A stretch of DNA of 64,000 nucleotides from Leucoraja ocellata. Taxonomy: Eukaryota. Shown here piece after piece: positions 49,491 to 62,844 of the stretch. Below the pieces are notes generated by a model. The model made no database searches and was not told where the DNA came from. It was given only the letters and a program-made list of their open reading frames with translations. The stretch is from NCBI GenBank assembly GCA_036785375.1, contig JAWMAR010000011.1, forward strand, positions 13,516,001-13,580,000, given 5' to 3'. The first letter of the stretch is position 1, and every line of letters starts with the position of its first letter. Position numbers and translations under genes: made by a program.

Positions 49491-52400
49491 CGAGCACTCC
49501 CTTTTCTTGATACACTGCATTCATTGCTAACCATCTGCTGCGTTGGGGACACCAAAGACAAATTCTGCAGCTTATCATGATTCCAAAATAAACTAATCTC
49601 CTTCTTTCTGCATATCCATGTGCCCATCTGAAAGCCTCCGAAATGCCACTATCGCATCTGCCTCCACCGCTACATCTGGCCGTGCGTTCCAGGGACCCAC
49701 CACCCTCTGTGTAAAAAAGCTTGCCCCACATGTCTCCTTGGAACCTTTGCCCCTCTCACCTTTCGGCTATGCTCTCTAGTCTTGGACACTTCCTCTCTGG
49801 GAAAAAAGTTCTAACTGTCCACCCTATCAATGCCTCTCATATTTTTCAGTACTTCAATCATGTAGAAGGCTACAGCACAGGGACGGGCTCTTCAGCCCAC
49901 AATGATCTCCGCTCAACCTTTGGTGTTCCTTTGTGAACTTCAGCCTCCATTCATCCGCCATCTTAAAGCCGTCACTCCTTTATGGCATTGCTATCCTTAG
50001 CCCCCTTCACCATTCCAATAAAACTCAATATAAACTTAAGCAACTGCACTTTCATCCTATGATTAGGCACTTTGCCACCTTCAGGACCCAACATAAAATT
50101 GACAATTTAAGATCGTAAACCCTTCCCCATTTTATCAAACAGAATCTGTTGACTTCAGGTAGCCCCGGTATTCCCTCTCTCTCTGTCCCAAGTCGCACTA
50201 GCTTCTTGTTTTCATCTAACAAACAGCTAACAATGGCCAGTTTCCTTTATCATCGTTACTTTTTTGCATATCTTTCATTCATTGTTCTTTATCTCTCTAC
50301 ATCATTGCCTATATCTCTCGTTTGCCTTATTCCTAACCAGTCTGAAGAAGGGTCTCGACCCGAAACATCATCCATTCCTTCTCTCCAGAGATGTTGCCTG
50401 TCCCGCTGAGTTACTCCAGCGTGTTGTGTCTGTCTTCTGTTGATAAAGATTCAGATTTCCACAGCAACATCTCTTCTGTGCCAATGTTTTGTTGATTTGC
50501 CTCCTTCAACCTCTTGCATTGAGTGTGGCATCATCACTTTGGTCAGTCCCACCTTTCACCAATCCAACTGCCATCTCTCTATTTCCCCTCCCTCCCCTTC
50601 TCCCTTTCCCTCTCTACAAAGATGTACCATAAACAAGTGGCCAGAGGTTTCGGGTAGGGAGTAATAGGTTTGGAGAGGCAATGAGAAAGAACTTTGAGGT
50701 AGTCTGGAAGCAGAAACTCTCATCATTCAAGACGTATCCAGACAAACACTTGACCCCCAAGCCAAATTGATAACTGGTAAATGGGAATAGTGCAGATACA
50801 TACTTGATGGTCAGCATGGACGTGGGTTTGGCCAAAGGGCCTCTTTCAGTGCCACATGTCTCTATAACCTAAAACAGTTTACATCTCTTAACGCTTTACA
50901 GTTCTGATGAAAGATCGTTGATCTGAAACATTGGCCCCGTTTCACTCTCTGCGGAGGTTGCCTGACCTGCTGAGTATTGCAATTCATTCATGGTGCTTGG
51001 TAATATCTGTAGAGCCAGCGCGACCTAGCAAGCAGGTGAATTAGACAAAGTAATGAATGCGTAGGAGGTGATCATATTTTGCAAGGATCTTCAACACCTG
51101 GTAGATGGGAGGAGAATCTGGAGAAGAGTTTCCTGGAGTAAGAAAAAACAGACTATTTGCCCACAACATTAAAAAAAAAACATGGGAATCCATTCCTCTG
51201 GGATTGAGCACTAGGTACTTAACTTTAAACTGGAATGGTATGAGGATAACATGACTGACCTAACTGATTTAGACTACACATACTAATCTAATTACCGAGA
51301 AGGCAGAGTAAAAAATACTGTTTAATTCAGTTGGGGAATGGAAAACCTAAAGGTGCAAGGAGGTTGATTGAATGTAAATATTGTCCTGTACAGCTGACAA
51401 TTCTATACCAGCTCCCAAACAACATGCAGACCACGAGCATACAATCCACAAAATATAACAAGGAACATTTGGATTATTCTCCTTCCAAGAGTGTTTGCAA
51501 CAGAAGGCAGCGAGACTGAACAGAAGGCAGGAAACATCAGAGCCAAGGCACTCAACCGCATTGAATGTAGGCCATTGATTGGGAAGCTGCATGAAGCTTA
51601 GTTACTGGGCAAACTGAGGCGAGGAATATGCTTTCCAATTTCTACAATTGTAAGCACACTGCTGATCTATGCCTGTGCATTTCAGTCAACATTAGACAAT
51701 ATGAAATGTGCTGCTATTTCGTGCCAGAGAATATAGTTTAACATATTGTGCCAATATCCTCTTACTACAATTATGCCAAAACGCTGGAGCAATGAGCAAA
51801 GTCGAACACGCAATCACAAACACGGCCAACTCTTGAAGGTGGCACATGTGCGAGTGTAAAAGACGCAACGCAGATTGAGTCATTTCCCAATCTGTGGGTG
51901 GACAGAGGGTAAAGCTGAAGTGTGGCAGCTGCTGTGTGCTTGCTTCCAAACGAGAACTAAGTCTGAAATGATCTGCAATTCATGCAGATGATTTCATGCA
52001 CCAACACGAAAGACAATGTAGAGTGATTATTCTACAATAACTTTCTAATTGACTGTAGTCACTTAGCAAGGGTGCAGAACATTCCAATTAACTTCATAGG
52101 TTCTAGGAGCAGAATTAGGCCGTTCAGCCCATCAACTCTACTCCTCCATTCAATTATGGCTGATCTATCTTTCCCTCTCAACCCCATTCTCCCCATAACC
52201 CCAAACAATCAAAAAGATGTCAATCTCCACCTTAAACTGATACGATGCCACCAATGTTTTCGCCCCAACAGTGTCCTATTCCAAGAGATTTCTCCTGTAC
52301 GCCAGTATTGTTAAATACACCAGATGGTGCTTGCTCGAAGAAATGTACACTGCTCCATAAGAGTATGATGCTGTACAAAAGGTGGACGCCCTTCTGCAGG

Positions 52401-52529
52401 TGTGTGTCGCATTGAGGGGGTGCATTCTGCTCCGTGTGAGAGAGGTCATGTTCAAAGGGCTCTTGCACAGCGCACTGTTCCTGTGAGATGAAGGGGCAGG
52501 GTTTTGTACTTTTGTTGTATTTGTGGAGG

Positions 52530-53190
52530 AGTGTTGTTGGGGGATCTAGGAGTACAGGAGCATGGTTCCTTGAAGGTCCAGTCGCAGGTTGAAAGGTGGT
52601 GAAAAAAGCTTTTGGCTCATTGGCCTTCATCAGTCAGAGTATTGAGTATAAAAGTTGGGAGGTCATGTTGCAGTTGTATAAGACGGTGGTGAGACCGCAT
52701 TTAGAATAGTGTCCAGTTCTGGGCAACATGTTATAGGAAAGATATTGTCAAGCTTGAAAGGGTTCAGAAAAGATTTACGAGGAAGTTGCCAAGACTAGAG
52801 GGTGTGAGCTATAGGGAGAGGTTGAGTAGACTTGGTCTATTCCATGGAGCGCAGGAGGATGAGCGGTGATCTTATAGAGATGTACAAAATCAGGAGTGGA
52901 ATAGATCGGGTAGATGCACCAGAGTAGGGGAATCAAGAACCAGAGGACATAGATTCAAGGTGAAGGGGAAAAGATTTAATAGGAATCCGAGGAATAACTT
53001 TTTCACACAAAGAGTGGTGGGTGGATGAACAAGCTGCCAGAGGAGGTAGTTGAGAGTTGAGGCAGGTTTGGAGGGGTATGGACTAGGCGCAGGCAAGTGG
53101 GACTAGTGTAGTTGGGACATAGTTGGTGGTGTGGGCAAGTTAGGCTGAAGGGCCTGTTTCCACACTGTATCACTCTATGACTCTATGATG
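52530..53190 (+). mobile_element. CR1 3' fragment
   Basis: LAFISQSIEYKSWEVMLQLYKT.VRPHLE; (CTATGA)n tail. Confidence 0.85.
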
Positions 53191-53937
53191 TAAAGTTGTG
53201 TTCAGCATTGTGTTAACGCTCATGAATCAGATGCCATAAGGTCAAAAGGGATAGGAGTAGAATTAGGCCACTCGGCCAATCGAGTCAACACCGCCATTCA
53301 ATCATGGCAGATCTATCTCTCCCTCATTCTCATCTCAATCTCATTCTCCTGCCTTCTCCCCATAACCTCTGACACCCATACTAATCACGAATCTATCTAT
53401 CTCTGCCGTAAAAATATTCACTGAATATTCATCATTTGTGACAAATATTTTTTCACGAGCTGCCAAAGGTACTGTGCTATCGAAAGGAAATATTCAGGTA
53501 TTTCCTAACTGACTTAGAATAGAATGGCGGTAGAGCTACTGCCTCACAGCGCCAGAGACCCGGGTTCAATCCTGACTGCAGGTGCTGTCTATGCGGAGTT
53601 TGTATGTTCTCCCCATGACCTGCATGGGTTTTCTCCGGGGTCTCTGGTTTCTTCCCACACCTCAAAGACGTACAGGTTTGATTGGCTTGGTATAAGTGTA
53701 AAAGCAAATTGGCCATAGGCTAATGTGCGGGGATCATAGGCTTCTGTAAATTGGCCCAAGTGTGTAGGATGGAATTGGTGTACGGGCGATCGCTGGTCGG
53801 AACAGACTCGGTGGGCCGAAGGGCCTGTTTCCGCACTGTATCTCTAAACTAGACTAAATAAGTTGTCAGATATAAAGAAAGAGCGACTGGAACTGAATGG
53901 AATGTCTGTGTAATGGAAAATGCACGAAAGTTAAGTG

Positions 53938-55066
53938 ACATAGAAACATAGAAATTAGGTGCAGGAGTAGGCCATTCGGCCCTTCGAGCCTGCACCGCCA
54001 TTTAATATGATCATGGCTGATCATCCAACTCAGTATCCCGTACCTGCCTTCTCTCCATACCCTCTGATCCCCCCGGCCACAAGGGCCACATCTACCTCCC
54101 TCTTACATATAGTCAATGAACTGGCCTCAACTACCCTCTGTGGCAGAGAGTTCCAGAGATTCACCACTCTCTGTGTGAAAAAAGTTCTCCTCATCTCGGT
54201 TTTAAAGGATTTCCCCCTTATCCTTAAGCTGTGACCCCTTGTCCTGGACTTCCCCAACATCGGAAACAATCTTCCTGCATCTAGCCTGTCCAACCCCTTA
54301 AGAATTTTGTAAGTTTCTATAAGATCCCCTCTCAATCTCCTAAACTCTAGAGAGTATAAACCAAGTCTATCCAGTCTTTCTTCATAAGACAGTCCTGACA
54401 TCCCAGGAATCAGTCTGGTGAACCTTCTCTGCACTCCCTCTATGGCAATAATGTCCTTCCTCAGATTTGGAGACCAAAACTGCACGCAATACTCCAGGTG
54501 TGGTCTCACCAAGACCCTATACAACTGCAGTAGAACCTCCCTGCTCCTATACTCAAATCCTCTTGCTATGAAAGCCAACATGCCATTCGCTTTCTTTACT
54601 GCCTGCTGCACCTGCATGCCTACCTTCAATGACTGGTGTACCATGACACCCAGGTCTCGCTGCATCTCCCCCTTTCCCAATCGGCCACCGTTTAGATAAT
54701 AATCTGCTTTCCCGTTTTTGCCACCAAAATGGATAACCTCACATTTATCCACATTAAACTGCATCTGCCAAACATTTGCCCACTCACCCAGCCTATCCAA
54801 GTCACCTTGCAGTCTCCTAGCATCCTCCTCACACCTAACACTGCCCCCCAGCTTAGTGTCATCCGCAAACTTGGAGATATTGCCTTCAATTCCCTCATCC
54901 AGATCATTAATATATATTGTAAATAGCTGGGGTCCCAGTACTGAGCCTTGCGGTACCCCACTAGTCACTGCCTGCCATTGTGAAAAGGACCCGTTTACTC
55001 CTACTCTTTGCTTCCTGTTTGCCAGCCAGTTTTCTATCCACATCAATACTGAACCCCCAATGCCAT
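53938..55066 (-). mobile_element. Young CR1 LINE, open RT C-terminal frame
   Basis: ORF 54030..55136: SGVPQGSVLGP, KFADDTKLGG, LVRPHLEYCVQFWSP; (TTTCTATG)n tail. Confidence 0.93.
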
Positions 55067-57198
55067 GTGACAAAAATAAATGATATTTCTTGGCAGATAA
55101 ATGTTGTAATGGAACATAAAAAAGGTAAAAGTCCAATTTGCAGGAAGACTGCGGTTAGAGAATTGCTATTTGAAATTTTTGAACTTGACATTGAATATAG
55201 AATCAGCATTTCTTTATTTTGAGCTACAACAATTTACCATATTTTGGATAATCAAAAAATATGCAGATGCACCAGAGTAGGGGAATCAAGAACCATAGGT
55301 TCAAGGTGAAGGGAAAAAGATTTAATAGGAATCCGAGGAATAACTTTCTACACAGCGGTAGAGTTGCTGCCTTACGGCGCCAGAAACCCAGGATCGATCC
55401 TGACTATGGGTGCTGTCTGTACGGAGTTTGTACATTCTCCCTGTGACCACGTGGGTTTTCGCCGGTTGCTCTGATTTCCTCCCAAACTCCAATAACGTGC
55501 AGGTTTGTGGGTTAATTGGCTTGGGTAAAATTGTAAATTGTCCTGAGTGTGTGTAGGGTAGTGCTACTGTATGGAGTGATCTCTGGTTGGTGCGGACTCA
55601 GTGGGCTGAAGGACCTGTTTCCACGCAGTATCTCTAAAGTCTAAACTCTACTTGACATTGAATCTGGAATCTGCAGTTAGCATTTTCTATCTTTATTTCA
55701 AGTTACAACAATTTACTGTATTTTGAAAAATAAAAAAAACTGCAGATGCTAGAAATCTGAAATAAAAACAGAAAACTGGAAACTCAACAAGTCAGACGGC
55801 ATCTCTGGAAAGGGAAACAGAGATCTGAAACTATTTTTTATCAAAATATTTAGGAGTCATTTCTGGAATAAGGAACCCGTGCTTAGGACTTGAATATAAA
55901 TGAAAAATCAGGTAAAAGGTATCACTGACTATTAATCATATATCACATCTTTTACATTGACATCTAAATGCATAATCATTCCACCCCCTCCACACACTGC
56001 AGTTGAATCGTGAAATTGATTCGATTAAAAGATGAAACATAGAATCATCAGCACCAAAACTTGTGTTGATGGAGTGTCTTTCACATTTACAAATATCACA
56101 TTTTCAAATTAGATCTTGCTGCTATTGTACTATTTGCCTTGACCTACGATGTTTATTGCACACTTACCGCCATGATTTCAACAGGATCCTTGAAGTGATT
56201 AATAGCATTGAGCAGAGCCAGATAGATAGACACCAATTATACAACAAAACAAGATAAAAATTGCTGGGTTTAAGATAATTTTGTAAAATTGCCTGGCACA
56301 AAAGAAAATAGTCATCTAATATGATCAGCGAAATTTAAGAGAGTCTCTTCTCAGTTATATCAATGATAATCCAGAATATTTTCTTGTTAATGCCATGGAT
56401 GGTGCACAGTCCCTTCAACGGCCCTCAGCATTAAACTACGAGACAGGGAGCGTTATTTATTATTTGTAAACATGTAGAGTACTCAGTTATAAATCCCCAT
56501 CATAAATCTTGAAGAGCAGAAAGCAATCTGCTGGAGGAAGTCAGTGAGCCAGGCAGCACATGTGGAGGGAAATGGTTGTGATGATCATAGAAACATAGAA
56601 AATAGGTGCAGGAATAGGCCATTTGGCCCTTCGAGCTTGCACCGCCATTCAATATGATCATGGCAATATGATCATCCAACTCAGTATCCTATACCTGCCT
56701 TCTCTCCATACCCCCTGATCCCTTTAGCCACAAGGGCCACATCTAACTCCCCCTTAAATATAGCTAATGAACTGGCCTCAACTACCTTCTGTGGCAGAGA
56801 ATTCCACAGATTCACCACTTTCTGTGTAAAAAATGATTTTCTCATCTCGGCTCTAAAAGATTTCCCCCTTATCCTTAAACTGTGACCCCTTGTTCTGCAT
56901 CATTGATCATATCTTGATGATTCAAGTCATAGAATAGTTAAGGGTCTTGTGAATTGGCATGCAGCTCCCACAGATGGTTATTGAAGGTAGTTTAATTTAG
57001 TTTAGAGATACAGCGCGGAAACAGGCCCTTCGGCCCACCGAGTCCGTACTGACCAGTGTTCTTTCATTCGCTCGTGTGTCAGACGACGTATAGCTCGCTG
57101 TTGGCTTCTGTCGTTGTCCAACATGTTGACAGAATTGGTCGCCCGACACGTCACAGAGTGCATCGCGTCGTCGTTTTTGGGGGAGGCTGCTGTCATGA

Positions 57199-57855
57199 GT
57201 TCAAGTTCAAGTTCAAGTTCAAGTGAGTTTATTGTCATGTGTCCCTGTATAGGACAATGAAATTCTTGCTTTGCTTAAGCACACAGAAAATAGTAGGCAT
57301 TTACTACAAAACAGATCAATGTGTCCATATACCATGATATAAATATATACACACATGAATAAATAAACTGGTAAAGTGCAAACAACAGAAAGTGGTTATT
57401 AATAATCAGAGTTTTGTCCGAGTCAGGTTTAATAGCCTGATGGCTGTGGGGAAGTAGCTATTCCTGAACCTGGTTGTTGCAGTCTTCAGGCTCCTGTACC
57501 TTCTACCTGAAGGTAGCAGGGAGCTGAGTGTGTGGCCAGGATGGTGTGGGTCTTTGATGATACTGCCAGCCTTTTTGAGGCAGCGACTGCGATAAATCCC
57601 CTCGATGGAAGGAAGGTCAGAGCCGATGATGGACTGGGCAGTGTTTACTACTTTTTGTAGTCTTTTCCTCTCCAGGGCGCTCAAATTGCCGAACCAAGCC
57701 ACGATGCAACCGGTCAGTATGCTCTCGACTGTGCACCTGTAGAAGTTAGAGAGAGTCTTCCTTGACAATCTGACTCTCCGTAATCTTCTCAGGAAGTAGA
57801 GGCGCTGATGAGCTTTCTTGATAATTGCGTTAGTGTTCTCGGACCATGAAAGATC
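57199..57855 (-). mobile_element. Rex1/Babar 3' fragment nested in a V-SINE
   Basis: ORF 57406..57879: KKAHQRLYFLRRLR, HPGHTLSSLLPSGRRYRSL; (CTTGAA)n tail; SINE halves at 56993-57057 and 57859-58096. Confidence 0.9.
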
Positions 57856-58109
57856 CCCACTGACCAACGATTCCCGCACATTAACACTATCCTACACACA
57901 CATTTATACCAAGCCAATTAGCCTACAAACCTGTACGTCTTTGGAGTGTGGGGGGAAAGATCTCAGAGAAAACTCGGTAACGGGGAGAATGTACAAGCTC
58001 CATTCAGACAGCATCCATAGTCAGGATTGAACCCGGGTCTCTGACATTGTAAGCGCTGTAAGGCAACTACTCTACTGCTGAGCCACAGTGCCACCCCAAA
58101 GGTAGTTAG

Positions 58110-58690
58110 GTAAAGTTTATGAATCTTTACATCTGGTCCAGTCTCCCACCTGCCTCACTACTGATCGGATCCCATCCCTCCCCCACCACCTGTTTGAACC
58201 ATCCCTTGTAGCACTAGCATAATCTGCCCACCAGGATATTGGACCTTCTCTAGTTAGGGTGCAAACCATCCCTCTTATAAGGTCACATCTTCCCCAGAAT
58301 AGATCCCAATCGTCCAAGACCCTGAAACCCTGACTACTACACTAACTCCATAGCCTAGCATTCGCCTGTCATAATTTCCTATTTCTACCCTCACTAGCTC
58401 ATAGCACTAAGGATAATCTGGAGATTACTACGCTTGAGGTCCAGCTATTAAACCTTATGTTTAACTCCCAGTATTCACGCTGCAGGACCTCATCCTATTT
58501 CATACCTATATCATTTGTGTCAACATGCAAAATGACGTCTGGCTGCTCAACCCCCATTGTGAGAATGTTTTGCAGCTGCTCTGAGACATCTTAGACATTA
58601 GCACCAGGGTCAGGGTCAACACACCTTCCTGGAGTTTTGCTGACACACAATCTCCTAACCAACCCCTAACTATCGTGTCTCATAACAGAC
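58110..58690 (-). mobile_element. CR1 ORF1 (SGNH esterase-like) remnant
   Basis: GFR.LDDWDLFWGR.DL..RDGLHPN pattern typical of the CR1 ORF1 esterase domain. Confidence 0.6.
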
Positions 58691-58883
58691 TGGACTTCCC
58701 ACCATTCACACTGCCTTGGAAATGTAGCCAAGATAATCAAAGACTTGTCAATCCTTCTTCTCCTTGCTCCCATCCGGTAGTAGCCACACAAGCAATCACC
58801 ATGACCACTAGCACAATCCTACACACTAGGGAAAATTTACAATTTACAGAAGCCAATTTACAGAGCGGCACAGTGGTAGAGTT

Positions 58884-59100
58884 TAAGAAGGAACTGCAGA
58901 TGCTGGAGAATCGAAGGTACACAAAAAAGCTGGGGAAACTCAGCGGGTGCAGCAGCATCTATGGAGCGAAGGAAATAGGCAACGTTTCGGGCCGAAACCC
59001 TTCTTCAGTCTGAAGAAGGGTTTCGGCCCGAAACGTTGCCTATTTCCTTCACTCCATAGATGCTGCTGCACCCGCTGAGTTTCTCCAGCTTTTTTGTGTA
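58884..59100. mobile_element. PLE-derived foldback mini-element with two opposed hammerhead motifs, inserted in a V-SINE head
   Basis: 92-bp inverted arms (58917-59008 / 59010-59101); TSD CAGTGGTAGAGTT at 58871-58883 and 59101-59113. Confidence 0.88.
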
Positions 59101-62100
59101 CAGTGGTAGAGTTGCTGCCTTACAGCGCCAGAGACCCGTGATCGATCCCAACTGCGGGTGCTGTCTGTACGGAGTTTGTACATTCTCCCCGTGACCATGT
59201 GGGGTTTTATACGAGATCTTCGGTATCCTCCCACACTCTAAAGACGTAGAGGTTTGTAGGTTAATTGGCTTGGTATAAGTGTAAATTGTCCCTAGTGTAG
59301 GATAGTGTTAATGTACGGGGATCACTGGTCGGTGCGGACTCGGTGGGCAGAAGGCCTGTTTCTGCGCTGTATACCTAAACTAAAAAAATGTACCTACAAA
59401 CCCGCATGTCTTTGGAGTGTGGGAGGAAACCGGAGCACCAGGGCAAAACCCACATGGTCACGGGGAGAACGTATAAACTCCGTAAGGACAGCATCCGTAG
59501 TCGGGATGGAACTCGGGTCTCTGGCATTGTAAGGCAGCAACTCTACCACTGCGCCATTAGTGCATGAATGATATTGAATGGCAGGGCAGTCTGAATGGGT
59601 CTCACAGCTTATGCCCATATCGATATTATATGTTCCTTTCCACTAATTCAGACAAGTAATTTATCTCTTTATTTAGCTCTTTAAACTTTTTGTTTCATGC
59701 GCCAAGAAGAAATAAATATGTATTATCATTCTGTAAAGAAATTAACCAGCATATTTCTCTTATTCTCGTGTTAATTGATCTTGTTAGATTAATTTACAGA
59801 ACTAATTGATCTGCACCATTTAAATGCATCTTACTTTAACTCCGAACTATATCATAATCACAATCCAGGGATTTTTGCTGTGGCTTCATATTACTCACAG
59901 CACAAGCGTTTTTCTGAACACGCAATTCAACATTACATTAAATCACTTCATTTTTGAAACAAGTGCAATTAATGTTTAATGTAAACTAGAGCAATGGATC
60001 TGCAGACTGGAAGCATGTTGAATAAAGAGAGAAAGAAAGTAAAACAATGCCATCTACCTTCATCAAATTAGCCATCAAACTCATACTACAGCTCTACATT
60101 TAAAAGCTTGCATTTATATTGAGCCCTGCAGACAATGAGTTAAATATTTTAAAATCAGCTGAATATTTTTGAAGTGTAGTCAATGTAGTATTAATGGAAA
60201 CATTGCAATCAATTCATACACAACAAGCTCTCACAAGCCTCAATGCAAAATTGACCAATTCATCTGTTTTAGTAACTAACCACCCAGTGACACTTATGTT
60301 CACGGAATGAATATGTTTATAAAAATGAGCCAACCGTATATAATTACACATGATCAGTTGCCTTGGAAAACCCTTTTGCCACATATTGCATAACTCATTG
60401 TGACAACAGTTTTTAGAGGCCAGTGTCTAGGAATTATTCCCTTGTTGGCACATCTAAATACGCTACAAAGACCTGTCAACCACTCAACATCACTCTACTG
60501 CCTTCTCCCAGTAGTCGTAGACGAAAACATGAATTACGACTTTATAAATACCCAATGATGGCCTCAACAGCCATCTGTGGCAATGAATTCCACAGATTCA
60601 CCAACCTCTGGCTGAAGAAATTCCTCCTCATCTCCATTGTAAAGGGACACCCCTATACTCTGCCTTCATTTAGGCTATGCCCTTGGGTCCTAAACTCTCC
60701 CACTACTGGAAACTGTGGAAGAAGGACCTCAGTGAGGGCAACATTTTCACTCAGATCTGGAATGAACTACCGGAGGAAACTGGAGAAGTTATTACAATTG
60801 TGACTTTTAAAAGGCTTTGGACAGACATGCAGAAAGAAAGAGTGAGGAAGACTATTAGCCAAATGCAGGCAAATGGGATTAGTCCAGTATGCCAACTTGG
60901 TTAGCCTGGACAAGGTTCCTGTGTTGTACAGCACTATAACTATGACTCTTTTGGCTGATAGAATGAACTGAGGCTGGGTACAACAAACTTACTTACACAG
61001 CCACATGTCACATTGTGTGGAATGACTGGGTCTGAATGTCTCACATCACTCACAGATTTTAAGAGGCCTTTTCCTCAGGCTGTTGAACATCTGAGTAAGA
61101 ATTTGAGTGCCAGGATAAGAGGTAATCGTTCTAATAACATTGAAGGGGGCCTTTCGGCCCATCTAATCTGTGCTAATTCTCAGAGCAATACCATTCCTCC
61201 ACTATTCACTGGAGCCTATTCTCTTTCAACTCCAATGTAGAAAACAAGAAACTGTAGATGCTGGTTTACTAAGGAAAGACACAGCTGGTCAGGCAATATC
61301 CCTAGAGAACGTGGATAGGCAACTTTTCATGGCAGGACCCATCTTCAGACCGATGGTCCCAACTCGAAAAGTCACCTATCCATATTCTCCAGAGATGCTG
61401 CCTGACCTTCTGAGTAACTGAGTTACTGCAGCATTTTGTGCTTCTCTCAACTCCATGATCCTGATTCTCCTAACACCAACCTGCAACAGGGGCAACTTCT
61501 AGTATCTGTAACCTAAATAAACCTCAACCTAAATTAGTTATATCTAAGATAAGTAGAAATTTCTTTACAGAGAGGGTTGTAAATATTAGAGTTTACCATG
61601 CTGTGGTTGTGCATGCTGGGTCTGGAAGAATTTTAGGATTGAGATTGATTCTTTTTTTAAACACTCATTGGATAAAGGGATTGGGGAGGAAAGTGAGTTG
61701 CAGGATTATCAATGATTTTAACGAAGAGAGGAACAGGTCTGAGGGGCCTTGGAGCTTAGAATGACTCTAGGCTTCTCTCTGTAACTTTTCTCTCTCTATG
61801 GTGAAGACTATCCAATGAAAGATCTCATACCTGTATGTCCATCAACAGGAGCATTTACTTCACTAAGACTTGGTGGCTGATTCCTCCTTACATTGACTTC
61901 TGCTTCATGAACCCTGACACCATGGGCAAACTAGAGATTATGATCTTCTTGAAGGGACACAACCTTCTCGAAGGGACATGTTCTCGAAAGGACATGTTTC
62001 CTGCCATATATCATCTGTTAACAAATATATTCACAGTGATATGTGCACCAACAATAATGCCCTCCGTATTTTTCAAATTCTGACCAAATGGAAAAATTGT

Positions 62101-62844
62101 CCAGAGAGTCAAGAGTGATTTATTGTCATCTGCCCGAAAAGGAACAATGGAATTCCTACTTGCAGCAGCACAACATATATATAAACATTGTAATCTGTAA
62201 AACCCATAATAACAACAAAAAAGGTTCAGTTTAGTTTGGTTTATTTTAGAGATACAGCACGGAAACAGGCCCTTTGGCTCACCGGGTCCGCGTCGACCAG
62301 CGATCCCGCACATTAACACTATCCTACACCCACTAGGGACAATCTTTACATTTACCAAGCTAATTAACCTACAAACGTGGACGTCTTGGAATGTGGGAGA
62401 ATGTGGCAGGTAACGGAGAGAATGTACAAACTCTGTACAGACAGCACCCGCAGTCGGGATGTAACCCGGGTCTCCGGCGCTGCATTCACTGTAAGGCAGC
62501 AAGTCTGCCGCTGTGCCACCATGACCATCCGTGAAGTTTAATATATGTATATTAAAAAAACACAAATAAATAAACAATAATAGTGCAAATTAAATAAATA
62601 ATCCCCCTCCGCCCAAGTCTATATACGTAGTTCAGAGCTTATTTGGAGGTTATAGTGTATAACAGCCTGATGGTTATTGGGGAGAAGTTGCTCCTGAACC
62701 TGGACAATGCCGTTTTCAGACTCCTGTACCTTTGTTCTGACGGCAGGAGTAAATGAGAGTATAGCCAGGGTGGTGTGGGTCTCTGATGATGCTGGCTACG
62801 TTTTTGAGGCAGTGACTCCTGTAGACCTCTTCAATAATGGGTAG

